From Planctomycetota bacterium (GTDB taxonomy: Bacteria > Planctomycetota > JAJSAM01 > JAJVHW01), in NCBI GenBank assembly GCA_965248445.1, contig CBDFJG010000001.1:96001-160000 (forward strand): a DNA stretch of 64,000 nucleotides. Reading direction: 5' to 3'. Positions within the stretch are counted from its first letter, which is position 1. Each line of letters begins with the position of its first letter. Positions 51,276 to 61,539 of the stretch are shown here, piece by piece. Made by a program: the position numbers and the translations under genes. Under the pieces are notes generated by a model. It ran no database searches and was not told where the DNA came from. It was given only the letters and a program-made list of their open reading frames with translations.

Positions 51276-53603
51276 ATGCGACAGCTCATCTGCGGCACGT
51301 TCTTGGCCCTGCTCATTGCGTTCACTCCCGCAGTCGCGCAAGACGGCGCAGACGCGGACCTCATCGCCGACCTGGTGGCCGATCTCGGTGCGACGGAGGA
51401 ACACCTACGGAACGAAGCGCGCGAGGCGCTCGTACCGATCGGGGTGCACGCCGTTCCGGCGCTGGTCGCGGCGCTGAAGGGACGCAACGAGGTCGGCCGC
51501 ATCGGCGCGGCGCGAACACTCGGCGAGATGGGCAAGGTTGCGATCGCCGCGGTACCCGCGTTGGTTGCCGCCAAGGCGTCGAAGGATCCGGGACTGCGCG
51601 AGGCAGCCGCGCGTGCGCTGGAGAAGATCGACCCCGCGAAGTTCGCCCCGAAGCCCGCTCCGAAACCCGGTGACCCGCTGGCCGGCGCGTCGATCGATGT
51701 CCTGGTGAAGGCGCTCGCCGACGGAGACAAGGCGAGGCGCCTCTCGGCAGTCAAACACCTGACGCGCGCCGAAGCGCCGTCCGAGCGGATCGTGGACGCG
51801 CTCGCGACTCTGCTCGGCGACGGCGACCCGGACGTCGTTCACGACGCGCTGCGCGGCATCGAGTTCCACGGTACGAAGTCCGCGCATGCCGCCGGGCAGG
51901 TGCTGTCGGTGCTGCACAAGCCCGATCCCCGCCTGCGCGCCGCGGCCTACGACGCGCTCACGCGCATGCGTGCCGGCGCCGTCGCTCCGCTGCTGACTGA
52001 ACTTTCGCGGCTGCACGAGTTGCGGCGCGACGACGACGGCGTGCGGCCGTGGGTCCTGGGCGTGTTGTGGGAGTCCGGTGCGGACGTGACTCCGCTGGCT
52101 ATCGACGCGCTCGGTTCGAAGGACGCTCCCATGCGCGCCGCCGGAGCCGACGCCCTCGGCGCGGTCCGCGCGGACGATCCCCTGGTTCGCGCCGCGCTCT
52201 TCCAGGCGCTCGGCGACAGCGCTTCCGTCGTGCGCCGACAGTCAGCGGAGGCGATCGGTGCCCTCGGGGCGAGTGCGGCGAAGGATGGGTTCGAACCGCT
52301 CATTGCGCTCATGAACGACGCAGAGTCCCGCGCCCAGACCGACGCGGCCCGCGCACTGGGCCAGATCATCGTGGACGTGGTCCGGCAGACGCCGCGCCCG
52401 TCCAGCACGCCTGCGGACGCCAACAAGTCCATCGCGGCCGGGCTGGACTGGCTCGTGCGTCACCAGGGTGGTGACGGACGCTGGAGTTGCGCCTTCTTCG
52501 GCGCGCACTGCCGGGCCGGTGACGAGTGCACCGGTCCCGGGTACGCGCGGAACGACACCGGGCTGACGGGACTCTGCGTCCTGGCGCTCCTGCAGGGCGG
52601 CGCCACCGGAAGGCTGTCGGACGACGACCCGCGCTCGCAGGCCGTACGGATGGGACTGCGCTACCTACTGTCGGTTCAGGACGGCGACGGCGCGTTCGGG
52701 CCGCGCGCGGGGAACGACCAGTGGATCTACGGGCACGGCATCTCCATCCTAGCGTGCTGCGAAGCCTGGTCCCGGACGCGCAACCCGCTGTATCGAGGTC
52801 CCATCCAGAAGGCGCTCGACTTCACGGCGACTGCGCGCAATCCGGATTCCGCGTGGCGCTACGGAGTCCGCCCCGGAGATGACGACACGTCCGTCACAGG
52901 GTGGATGGTGGCGGCTCTCAAGACGGGTCAGCGCGCCGGACTGCACGTGGACCGCACCTGCTTCGACGGCGTGCTCTCGTACCTCGACTCCGTCACGAAC
53001 AAGGAGACCGGCGCGGTGCGTTACTGGACGCAGGGCCCGACGACCGCGGCGCGCATGGGCGAAGTCGCGGAGTCCCATCCGTCGCACATGTCGGACGCGA
53101 TGACGGCATCGGGGCTTCTGCAGCGCCTGCACCTCGGGCACACGCCGAACTCACACGCGTATCTCAAGAAGTCGGTGGAGCGTCTCGGGAAGTTGCGACC
53201 CGAGTGGAACCACGCGAGCGGCGTCATCGACCTCTACTTCTGGTACCCGGCGACCGTCGCACTGCACGAGCTCGGCGGGGAGGCGTGGCGTAAGTGGCGA
53301 GTGGCCCTGCGCAGCACGCTGGTCGGGGCGCAGAACTCGCCGCGCTCCGGGTGCCGCGAGGGATCGTGGGAGCCGGAGGACGCATGGCGCGTCGCAGGCG
53401 GCCGTGTGTACACCACCGCCATGGCCGTGCTCTGCCTCGAGGTCCACAACGACTACGCGCTGCCGATCTCTCGCGCATTCGGATCCAAGGGCCGCGTGCT
53501 GAAGGCGCTACGCGCGCTCACGAAGGTGCGCGACGACGGCGACGCACGCGAGAGCGTCCGCGCCGCCGCCCGCGACGCGCTCGCGACGTACGAGTCGTTC
53601 TGA
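51276..53603 (+). CDS. HEAT-repeat + prenyltransferase/squalene oxidase-repeat protein
   Basis: HEAT repeats; GLDWL..HQ..DG.W, TGL..LALL, WRY...DDTSVTGW and GGRVYTTA motifs. Confidence 0.88.
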   Translation: MRQLICGTFLALLIAFTPAVAQDGADADLIADLVADLGATEEHLRNEAREALVPIGVHAVPALVAALKGRNEVGRIGAARTLGEMGKVAIAAVPALVAAKASKDPGLREAAARALEKIDPAKFAPKPAPKPGDPLAGASIDVLVKALADGDKARRLSAVKHLTRAEAPSERIVDALATLLGDGDPDVVHDALRGIEFHGTKSAHAAGQVLSVLHKPDPRLRAAAYDALTRMRAGAVAPLLTELSRLHELRRDDDGVRPWVLGVLWESGADVTPLAIDALGSKDAPMRAAGADALGAVRADDPLVRAALFQALGDSASVVRRQSAEAIGALGASAAKDGFEPLIALMNDAESRAQTDAARALGQIIVDVVRQTPRPSSTPADANKSIAAGLDWLVRHQGGDGRWSCAFFGAHCRAGDECTGPGYARNDTGLTGLCVLALLQGGATGRLSDDDPRSQAVRMGLRYLLSVQDGDGAFGPRAGNDQWIYGHGISILACCEAWSRTRNPLYRGPIQKALDFTATARNPDSAWRYGVRPGDDDTSVTGWMVAALKTGQRAGLHVDRTCFDGVLSYLDSVTNKETGAVRYWTQGPTTAARMGEVAESHPSHMSDAMTASGLLQRLHLGHTPNSHAYLKKSVERLGKLRPEWNHASGVIDLYFWYPATVALHELGGEAWRKWRVALRSTLVGAQNSPRSGCREGSWEPEDAWRVAGGRVYTTAMAVLCLEVHNDYALPISRAFGSKGRVLKALRALTKVRDDGDARESVRAAARDALATYESF

Positions 53604-53631
53604 GGCGCGACCGCGATCACCGCTCCCGGTA

Positions 53632-54459
53632 TCAGACGTTCACTGCGAAGAACCCGAACTGCAGTGCGTTGAACACGGCATGCGCCACGATCGCGGTGAC
53701 GAGCGAACCGGTGCGGTGGTACAGCCACCCGAGGGCGGCGCCGACGAGCGCCAGAGGAATCGCGAGCACGAGCGTGTCAGCGGAGGACACGTGCATCAGC
53801 CCGAACACGATCGCTTGGATCGTGTTGGCCCGGGTGAACGACATGCGGAACAGCGGCGGGAACCCGGACGCCGGACGCCGCGGCGGGCTGCCGATCGGCG
53901 GGGGGCCCGGGCTGCGGTTGGCGAGCGCAGAGAGCAACGCGCCGCGGTAGACAATCTCCTCGGCCAACGGAGCGCCGGCCGTCGCACAGACCGCGATGAT
54001 GCACCACTCGAGGCCCTCGACCTGGCTGAGGATCTCGACCACCGGCTGCTGCGGGATCGGATGACCGAGCCGCGCGTACGTCCACGCGATCAGCGCTGTC
54101 AGGGCGAGCGTGAAGCCGAAGATCACGACGCCGCCCAGTAGGCCGGTCAGCACGCGCCGGGGAACACGGATGCGGGAGACGAGTCCGCCCCCGGCGACGA
54201 TCGGCCACAGCACCACCGCGATCCCGACGTGCACGGACGTGATGACCAGCAGCCGCGACACCAGGCCCTCGACGGCCGTCGCGGCGAACGTGCCGCCAAT
54301 CACCCACAGCAGAAACGCCGCCGCGAACGCGGGGAACGTGTCCGGGAACGAACCTGCGGGGCGCGGTCCGAGCGCGTCCATGCCGCGCCGGCGCGCGAAG
54401 TACAGGTAGCTCAGCACTGCGGTGACCGCGGCGCCGACCGCGACAAGGAACTCGGTCAC
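53632..54459 (-). CDS. CPBP (Abi/CAAX) intramembrane metalloprotease
   Basis: P.AEE..YRG, FG..H and H..FN motifs. Confidence 0.88.
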   Translation of the reverse strand: MTEFLVAVGAAVTAVLSYLYFARRRGMDALGPRPAGSFPDTFPAFAAAFLLWVIGGTFAATAVEGLVSRLLVITSVHVGIAVVLWPIVAGGGLVSRIRVPRRVLTGLLGGVVIFGFTLALTALIAWTYARLGHPIPQQPVVEILSQVEGLEWCIIAVCATAGAPLAEEIVYRGALLSALANRSPGPPPIGSPPRRPASGFPPLFRMSFTRANTIQAIVFGLMHVSSADTLVLAIPLALVGAALGWLYHRTGSLVTAIVAHAVFNALQFGFFAVNV

Positions 54460-55235
54460 TACTCGATGATGCCGGTAGTCGGCGAAGACGCCGCGCCGCC
54501 GGGCGTCTCGGCCATGCGCCCGGCGAGGTAGCCGTGACGTCCGGCGTCGCAGCCGAGTCGCATGCCGTGCGCCATCGCGACGGGATCGTTCGCCTTGGCC
54601 ACTGCGGTGTTGACGATGACTCCGTCGGCGCCGAGCTCCATGGCCTGCGCCACGTGTGACGGGGCGCCGAGGCCCGCGTCCACGAGCACGGGGACCGTCG
54701 CGTGGTCGATGATCATCGCGATGTGGTGCGGGTTGAGGATGCCCATGCCCGAACCGATGGATGATCCGAGCGGCATCACCGCGTGGGCGCCGCGTTCCTC
54801 GATGCGCTTGGCGAGGACCGGATCGTCGCCGCAGTACACCATCACGGTGAACTCGTCCTTCACGAGCTCATCGAGCGCGACGAGCGTCTCGAGCGGCTCC
54901 GGCAGCAGCGACGCCTGGTCGTACAGCACCTCGAGCTTCACGAGGTCGGTTGCCAGCAACTCGCGCGACAGCCGCGCCGTTCGCACGGCGTCCTCGGCGT
55001 TGAAGCACCCGGCGGTGTTCGGGAGGATCGCGTAGCCGTCGAGGTGGTGGAGGATGTTCTTCCCGGGCTCGTCGAGCGGCACGCGCCTGATGGCGACCGT
55101 GACCAGTGCGGTTCCTGACGCGGACAGTGCCTGTTCCATCACCTCGAACGTCGTGTACTTGCCGGTGCCGAGCACGAGCCGCGACTCGAAGCAGTGCGCC
55201 CCGACGTTCAGATGGTCGTGGTTGTTGTCGCTCAT
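54459..55235 (-). CDS. thiG: Thiazole synthase
   Basis: SRL.LGTGKY, LPNTAGC, VKLEV, MPLGS.IGSG.G, VDAG and ASSP motifs. Confidence 0.95.
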   Translation of the reverse strand: MSDNNHDHLNVGAHCFESRLVLGTGKYTTFEVMEQALSASGTALVTVAIRRVPLDEPGKNILHHLDGYAILPNTAGCFNAEDAVRTARLSRELLATDLVKLEVLYDQASLLPEPLETLVALDELVKDEFTVMVYCGDDPVLAKRIEERGAHAVMPLGSSIGSGMGILNPHHIAMIIDHATVPVLVDAGLGAPSHVAQAMELGADGVIVNTAVAKANDPVAMAHGMRLGCDAGRHGYLAGRMAETPGGAASSPTTGIIE

Positions 55236-55436
55236 CTACCCGCCCCCGACCATGGTCACGATCTCAATGCGGTCACCGTCTTTCAGCGACGTGGCGTCGT
55301 GCTGCGCCCGCGGCACGATCTCCCTGTTGCGCTCGACGGCGATGAACTTCGTGGGCATCTCGAGATGCGTGAGCAGTGCCGCGACCGTGAGGCCGCTCGG
55401 GACGTCACGCTCTTCGCCGTTCACGACGACGAGCAC
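55236..55436 (-). CDS. thiS: Sulfur carrier protein ThiS
   Basis: VNGE, AVE.N.EIVPR and GD.IEIV..VGGG C-terminus. Confidence 0.93.
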   Translation of the reverse strand: MLVVVNGEERDVPSGLTVAALLTHLEMPTKFIAVERNREIVPRAQHDATSLKDGDRIEIVTMVGGG

Positions 55437-56731
55437 TACTGCTTCTCCCACTTGTAGAGCTCGATCACGTCGGCCAGCGTGCGTCCCTCGTGGACGATCT
55501 CGTGGCGCACGCGGTTCTCCTTCTCGAGGCAGTCGAGTGCGCGATTGGCCATCTCGACGGCACGCTCCTTCGGGAGGACGATGACCCCGTCGTCGTCCGC
55601 GACGACCCAATCGCCCGGGCGGATCGTGAAACCGCCGATCCGCAGCGTGACGTCCTCCTCACCGAACCCCTTCGGCTCCCCCGCGTGCGGGACGATGTGC
55701 GTCGCCCACGCGGGGAACGCAACCTTGCGGATCTCCGGCGTGTCGCGAATGGCACCGTGGATCACGACGCCCGCGATCCCTCGCTGAATCGAGCTGTGCG
55801 TCGCGAGTTCCCCCCAGATCGCCGGTGGGACGCCGCCGGTGTCGATCACGATCACGGACCCCGGCGGCGCGTTGTCGATGGCCTCGACGGGCTTCGCCCA
55901 ATCTCCCGGCGCGGCCCTCACCGTGTACGCCGGCCCGACCGCGCGGGCGCCCGGCACCACGGCACGCAGACCCGGCAGCGGGGGATGACGGTGAAAACCG
56001 TCCGAGACGTTCGGCACGCTGACTTGCTCGAGGATCTCCCGGATCTCTCCCTCGCCGCCGCGCTTGAAGAGCGTGGTCGCGGTGCCCTCGCCCGTGTCGA
56101 TCGCCTTGCGGATCTGCCGCGCCGCCTCGGTCGCGTCCTCGGCCTTGTTGATGAAGCCGCCGACAATTACGACGCGGGCGCCCGCGGCCACCGCCGCCGC
56201 CGCCGATTCGCTGTGCAATCCGCCGGCACAGGCGACGGGGATATCCACCGCCGCAGCGACCCGCCGAAGCAGGTCGAACGGGTCGCGGCCGGCCATCTGG
56301 TCGTCGATCGGGCAGTGGACGCCGACCACGTCGGCCCCCCAGGCCGCGGCCTCCTGCGCGCGCTCCTCCGGCGCGGGGTGTCCGAGTAGATCCACGTACA
56401 CCTTGCAGCCGTAGTTGCGGCCGGCCTCGACGCACTCCTTGATCGTCTGATCCGAGGCCACGCCGAGGACCGTGACCATCGTGGCGCCGGCCTTGGCGGC
56501 GATCTCGAACTCGGCCCGTCCGGCGTCCATCGTCTTGCTGTCGCAGACGATCGCCACGCTGCCGAACTCGCGCCGGAGAGCCCGCACGGCCTCGAGGCCC
56601 TCGGCCTTGAGGAGCGGCGTCCCGACCTCGAGGACGTCTGCGCCACCGGCCAGCGCCTCCCGCGCGCACTTCATCGCCCGCGAGAGGTTCACGTAGTCGA
56701 GCGCCACCTGCAGTCGGACCCTGTCCTGCAT
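55436..56731 (-). CDS. Bifunctional 3-hexulose-6-phosphate synthase / RraA(MenG)-like protein
   Basis: LQVALD, EVGTPL, D.KTMDAG, H..ID.Q and AGGL (HPS); N.SD, G.A.TV, WGEL, G.IRD and PGD..V.D.DG (RraA). Confidence 0.9.
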   Translation of the reverse strand: MQDRVRLQVALDYVNLSRAMKCAREALAGGADVLEVGTPLLKAEGLEAVRALRREFGSVAIVCDSKTMDAGRAEFEIAAKAGATMVTVLGVASDQTIKECVEAGRNYGCKVYVDLLGHPAPEERAQEAAAWGADVVGVHCPIDDQMAGRDPFDLLRRVAAAVDIPVACAGGLHSESAAAAVAAGARVVIVGGFINKAEDATEAARQIRKAIDTGEGTATTLFKRGGEGEIREILEQVSVPNVSDGFHRHPPLPGLRAVVPGARAVGPAYTVRAAPGDWAKPVEAIDNAPPGSVIVIDTGGVPPAIWGELATHSSIQRGIAGVVIHGAIRDTPEIRKVAFPAWATHIVPHAGEPKGFGEEDVTLRIGGFTIRPGDWVVADDDGVIVLPKERAVEMANRALDCLEKENRVRHEIVHEGRTLADVIELYKWEKQ

Positions 56732-56940
56732 GGCCGACACGTTAGCCGCGGGGTCCGGGGGCCGCGTTGAATCCCACGCGAGCGGTCGGCGTGTCGTGAA
56801 CGGAACAGCCCCGAGCCTCGGCCTCGCCGGGACCCCCTACGGGGGTCTGCTTCGCCCTTTGTTTGCCTTCGACTCTGGGAGCGGCTATCAAGGCTGGCTT
56901 GGCTCGGCGACGAGCCGCGTCAGCGCCGCGTCAGCGGTTG

Positions 56941-56970
56941 GCGGCGGGTAGCAACCCTGTCGCTTTTTTT
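56941..56970 (+). terminator. Intrinsic terminator/attenuator in the nusA leader
   Basis: GCGGCGGGT-AGCA-ACCCTGTCGC followed by T7, 35 bp before the nusA start and on the same strand. Confidence 0.75.
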
Positions 56971-57005
56971 GTCGGTCGAGTTTCGAACACCTGCGGAGGA
57001 CGGAC

Positions 57006-58331
57006 GTGCAAGGCGACGAGCTGCTGCGACTCGTGGACGCGATTCATCGCGACCGCAGCGTGGACAAGGAGGACCTGTTCCAGGCACTGGAGCATGCCCT
57101 TCTGACCGCCGTGCGCAAGAAGTTCGGAGAGTCCGCCCGCATCGCCGCGTTCATCGACCGCGAAACCGGCAACATCCGAATCGTCGGCCCCGAGGGCGAC
57201 ATCGACATGTCGGAGCTCGGACGCATTCCGGCCCAGACCGCCAAACAGGTCTTCGGGCAGATCCTGCGCGAGCGCGAACGCGAGGTCATCTTCAGCGAGT
57301 TCGACCGCTTCCAGCGGGCGCTCGTCAACGGCACCGTGTACCGCCTGGACGGCACGGCAGTGATCGTGAACCTGAACAAGACCGAGGGCTACCTCCCCAA
57401 GCACGAACAGGTTCGGGGTGAGTCGTATCGCGTCGGCGACCGCGTGCTCTGCTACGTGGTCGAGGTGAAGAAGATCGGCAACCGCGTGAAGATCATCCTC
57501 TCGCGGTCGCACCCCGACATGATCCGGCGCCTCTTCGAGCGCGAGATCCCCGAGATCGCCGACGGCGTGGTCGAGATCGTGAAGCTGGTGCGCGAGGCCG
57601 GCTACAAGACCAAGGTCGCGTGCTTGAGCAGCGACCCGAAGGTCGATCCGATCGGCGCGTGTGTCGGCGTGCGCGGCACACGCATCAAGAACGTCACCGA
57701 AGAACTCGGCGGCGAGAAGATCGACATCATCCGGTGGAGCGACTCCCCCGAGGTGTTGATCGTCAACGCGCTGAAGCCCGCGCAGATCAACTCGATCACG
57801 CTCTACGAGGACCACCGCAAGGCGTTGGTCGCCGTGGACGAGGACCAGCTCTCGCTCGCGATCGGCAAGAAGGGCGCCAACGTGCGCCTCGCCTCGAAGC
57901 TCTCCGGCTGGGACATCGACATCCTGTCCGAGCAGGAGGCCCGCGAGCAGGGCATGTTCGACTCGCCCGCCGAGACCGAAGCGGTCGCCGCTGACGCGGC
58001 GGTGATTTCTGGCCCATCCGCGTCTTCTGGCCCATCTGCTGACGCAGATGGCGCGGTTGGTGCGACGGGTGCAGATGGTGCGACCGGCGACGTTGCTGCG
58101 ACGGGTGCCGTTGCTGCTGCGGCGGCGGTTGTGCCGGACGCGGCCGAGACCCCGGCTGCCGAAGAGACGGCCGCGGTAGAGACAGCGCCCGAAGACACCG
58201 CCGCCGCGGAGGCGGCGACCGAGGAGACCGCCGCGGCGACGCCCGACGGCGAACAGGAGGTGGCCGCGGTGGCCGCCGAGACGACCGATGACGCAGAGTC
58301 CGTTGCGCGCGATAGCGAGGGGACCGCCTAG
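57006..58331 (+). CDS. nusA: Transcription termination/antitermination factor NusA
   Basis: GRI.AQTAKQ, REAG..TK, GACVG.RG.RI and [13 protein letters not shown] motifs; acidic Ala-rich tail. Confidence 0.97.
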   Translation: MQGDELLRLVDAIHRDRSVDKEDLFQALEHALLTAVRKKFGESARIAAFIDRETGNIRIVGPEGDIDMSELGRIPAQTAKQVFGQILREREREVIFSEFDRFQRALVNGTVYRLDGTAVIVNLNKTEGYLPKHEQVRGESYRVGDRVLCYVVEVKKIGNRVKIILSRSHPDMIRRLFEREIPEIADGVVEIVKLVREAGYKTKVACLSSDPKVDPIGACVGVRGTRIKNVTEELGGEKIDIIRWSDSPEVLIVNALKPAQINSITLYEDHRKALVAVDEDQLSLAIGKKGANVRLASKLSGWDIDILSEQEAREQGMFDSPAETEAVAADAAVISGPSASSGPSADADGAVGATGADGATGDVAATGAVAAAAAVVPDAAETPAAEETAAVETAPEDTAAAEAATEETAAATPDGEQEVAAVAAETTDDAESVARDSEGTA

Positions 58332-58339
58332 CAGCCTCC

Positions 58340-60832
58340 GTGACCGCCACAGCGACAGAACCTGAACGAGAAGAGACCACCCACTTGCGCGTGTACCAGA
58401 TCGCCCGAGAGTTGGAGCGCCCCCACCGGGCGATGCTCCAGCTCCTTCGTGAGCTCGGCCATGACGTCCCAAGCCACATGGCACGTCTCTCCGGCGATCA
58501 GGAAGTGCAACTGCGAGAGGCCATCGAGCGCCAGGAACGGGGCGCACCCGCGGTGCGCCCGGCGCACACGGCCTCGCAGTCCGTCAGCGCCGCCAAGGTC
58601 GCGTCCGTCGTCGGCACGATCGACCTGACCGAGGACACCGAGTGGGACTCGAAGACCGGCGCGCCGCCGCGCCCTGCGGCCACGGGCACATCCCCAGCGC
58701 GTACCGGCCCAGCCCCTGTGCGCCGCCGCGGCCCAGCGCGCGACCGCCGTCCAGGCATCAACCGCGAAGAGCTCGCCGACCGCATCTCCCGTGAGGCCCA
58801 GGAAGAGGGCCTCGAGATGGTGGTGGACGAGGACCTGATCGGTCCTCCGCTCCCGACCGAGGGCCTCGTCGCCGAAACCGGCGTACTCCGGACCGTCGAC
58901 CTCACGGCACTCGAGGACGCGCCGGCCGCGAAGGCCCCGCCGCCCACCGAGCGCCCGCGCCGCGTGCGCACTCCGCGCCGCCACGTGCGCGCGCTGACCC
59001 GCCGCCGCCGCGTCGGCCCGAAGGTCTCGATCCAGGCGTCCCAGAACCTCGCCGTCACCATCCCCATCACGATGAAGGAGCTGTCGCAGGTCTTCGGCGT
59101 GCAGCTCAACGAGATGATGAAGCGGATGTTCGCGACGACTAAAGACTTCAGCATCAACATCAACTCGAAGCTCGACGAGGAGCAGGTGGGGTTCCTCGCC
59201 GAGGAGTTCCAGCGCACCGTCACGCTGACGACGCAGAAGGACGCGGAAGAGAAGCTCGAAGACCTGGTGCTCGAGCGAGAGGTCCAGAACGCCGGTGACG
59301 CGTCGACACGCGCGCCCGTCATCGCGATCCTCGGCCACGTGGACCACGGCAAGACGTCGCTGCTCGACAAGATCCGCGACGCCCACGTCGCCGACAAGGA
59401 GCACGGCGGCATCACGCAGCACATCGGCGCGTTCCAGGTCCAGACCAAGGACGGCCACGCGGTCACGTTCCTGGACACGCCCGGCCACGCGGCATTCACG
59501 TCGATGCGTGCCCGTGGCGCACAGGTCGCGGACATCGTCGTCCTCGTAGTCGCAGCGGACGACGGCGTCATGCCGCAGACCGAAGAGGCGATCAACCACG
59601 CGAAGGTCGCCGAGGTCCCGATCGTGGTCGCGGTGAACAAGATCGACAAGGACAACGCCAAGGTCGAGAAGGTCATCGCCGAGCTCGCCGCGCACGGACT
59701 GCAGGCCGAGGAGTGGGGCGGCGACACCCAGGTCATCAAGGTCAGCGCGCACACCGGCGAGGGCCTCGACACCTTGCTCGAGGCCCTCGCGCTCCAGGCC
59801 GAGATGGGTGAGCTGATGGCACACCCCGAGCTGCCGGCACGAGGTCACGTCATCGAAGCGCGCAAGGACCCGAACCGCGGCGTCATCTGCACACTGCTCG
59901 TGGCGGAAGGCACGCTGCGTCGTGGCGACACGGCCATCGCCGGGCTCGGCATGGGCCGCGTCCGCCGCATGCAGGACGAGAAGGGTCGCCTGGTCAAGGA
60001 GGCGCCGCCGTCCACGCCCGTCGAAGTGTTCGGTCTGGCCGAGCCGCCGGACGCAGGCGAGACGTTCCTCGTCGTGAACGACAAGCTTCTCGCCAAGGAA
60101 ACGCTCGAGGGCCGCCGCCGCCGCGATCGCGACGCGAACGTCCGCGAGCGCCCGCAGGTCACGCTGGCGACGATCTTCGGCGACGGCGCAGAGGATCAGG
60201 CCGCGGAGCTGAAGATCATCCTGAAGGCCGACGTGCGCGGCTCGCTCGAGCCGATCAGGAACGAGTTGCAGAAGCTCGACCACCCCGAGGTCAAGGTCAA
60301 CCTGCTGTACGCGGGCCTCGGCGCGGTCACGCAGAGCGACGTCGATAACGCCATCGTCGCGAACGCGGTGATCATCGGGTTCCACGTCCTGACGGAACCG
60401 GCGGCGAAGAAGGAGGCTGAGCGCCAGAAGGTCGAGATCCGGCCGTACATGATGATCTACGAGGTCGTCGACGACATCAAGGCGGCGATGGAGAACCTGC
60501 TCACGCCCGAGCGGCGCGAGGAGGTCACCGGGCACGCCGAGATCCGCCAGATCTTCAGTTCGAGCAAGCTGGGCAACCTGTCCGGCTGCTACGTCATCGA
60601 CGGCACGATCGGACGCGACGAGTACATCCGCCTCTACCGCGGCGGCAAGCTTCTGTACGGCGACAAGAAGACCGCGCAGGTCGACTCGCTCAAGCGGTTC
60701 AAGGACGACGTCAAGGAGGTCCGCGAGGGCTTCGAGTGCGGTATCCGCATCTCGGCGTATCAGGACGTCAAGGAAGGCGACGTCATCGAGTTCTACGCGC
60801 TGCGCGAGATCAAGCGTTCGCTGGACGGCTAG
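58340..60832 (+). CDS. infB: Translation initiation factor IF-2
   Basis: [30 protein letters not shown] and [12 protein letters not shown] motifs. Confidence 0.98.
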   Translation: MTATATEPEREETTHLRVYQIARELERPHRAMLQLLRELGHDVPSHMARLSGDQEVQLREAIERQERGAPAVRPAHTASQSVSAAKVASVVGTIDLTEDTEWDSKTGAPPRPAATGTSPARTGPAPVRRRGPARDRRPGINREELADRISREAQEEGLEMVVDEDLIGPPLPTEGLVAETGVLRTVDLTALEDAPAAKAPPPTERPRRVRTPRRHVRALTRRRRVGPKVSIQASQNLAVTIPITMKELSQVFGVQLNEMMKRMFATTKDFSININSKLDEEQVGFLAEEFQRTVTLTTQKDAEEKLEDLVLEREVQNAGDASTRAPVIAILGHVDHGKTSLLDKIRDAHVADKEHGGITQHIGAFQVQTKDGHAVTFLDTPGHAAFTSMRARGAQVADIVVLVVAADDGVMPQTEEAINHAKVAEVPIVVAVNKIDKDNAKVEKVIAELAAHGLQAEEWGGDTQVIKVSAHTGEGLDTLLEALALQAEMGELMAHPELPARGHVIEARKDPNRGVICTLLVAEGTLRRGDTAIAGLGMGRVRRMQDEKGRLVKEAPPSTPVEVFGLAEPPDAGETFLVVNDKLLAKETLEGRRRRDRDANVRERPQVTLATIFGDGAEDQAAELKIILKADVRGSLEPIRNELQKLDHPEVKVNLLYAGLGAVTQSDVDNAIVANAVIIGFHVLTEPAAKKEAERQKVEIRPYMMIYEVVDDIKAAMENLLTPERREEVTGHAEIRQIFSSSKLGNLSGCYVIDGTIGRDEYIRLYRGGKLLYGDKKTAQVDSLKRFKDDVKEVREGFECGIRISAYQDVKEGDVIEFYALREIKRSLDG

Positions 60833-61113
60833 TGTTCGTAGGCGTCCTGCAAGTACAGCTCGGCATCCCGGACGCGCACTCGCTCAAGGAGAAGCGCCGC
60901 GTCGTGAAGAGCGTGCTCGACCGCATGCGCCGCACGTTCGAGGTCGCAGCCGCCGAGGTCACCGACCTGGACGTCTGGAACCGCGCGGGCATCGGCATCG
61001 CCGTCGTCAGCAACGACAAGCGTCACGCAGAATCACGTATTCAGAACGTCCTGAACGCCCTCGAGAACGAGTCCGACGCGATGGTCCTCGGCTCGCAAAT
61101 CGAAGTGCTATGA
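60832..61113 (+). CDS. DUF503 (YlxP) family protein
   Basis: AHSLKEKRRVVKS and F.VAAAEV motifs; canonical position between infB and rbfA. Confidence 0.9.
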   Translation: MFVGVLQVQLGIPDAHSLKEKRRVVKSVLDRMRRTFEVAAAEVTDLDVWNRAGIGIAVVSNDKRHAESRIQNVLNALENESDAMVLGSQIEVL

Positions 61114-61125
61114 GAGAAGTCTGAC

Positions 61126-61539
61126 ATCAGTTCCAGCGTACGCCTGAAGCGACTCGAGAAGCTGGCCCTGCAGCGGGCCAGTCAGGTCGTGCTGTACGAA
61201 CTCTCCGACCCTCGCCTCACCCTCATCACACTGACGCGCTGCGAGCTCACCGCGGACCTGTCGTACATCACCATCCACTGGTCGGTGATCGGCGACGACG
61301 CTGATCGTTCGAAGGTGAGTCACGCGCTGAACGATTCGCGCCCGGTCGTACAGGGTGCGATCGGCGATGCGTTCCAGACGCGCAAGACGCCGAAGATCCG
61401 CTGGAAGTTCGACGAGTCCGTCGAGGGCGCCATGAAGGTCGGCAGCCTGCTCGACGACCTCAAGCAAGAGCGCATCCAGCGGGGCGACGACGAGGAACTT
61501 CCCGAAGAGCCGCCGGACGACGGCAAGCCGGCCTTCTAG
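61126..61539 (+). CDS. rbfA: Ribosome-binding factor A; start codon anomalous (ATC)
   Basis: R..RL...L....S......SDPRL, DLS, R.TP...F..D.S motifs. The conserved N-terminal helix lies upstream of the first GTG (61189). Confidence 0.9.
   Translation: MSSSVRLKRLEKLALQRASQVVLYELSDPRLTLITLTRCELTADLSYITIHWSVIGDDADRSKVSHALNDSRPVVQGAIGDAFQTRKTPKIRWKFDESVEGAMKVGSLLDDLKQERIQRGDDEELPEEPPDDGKPAF

Noticed and set aside
58328..60535. 735-aa minus-strand ORF, and similar shadows at 1990-3561, 9961-11577, 19269-21032, 22077-24098, 34226-36406, 47752-49716 and 56931-58547
   Set aside because: Antisense to clearly identified genes (infB etc.) and without motifs.
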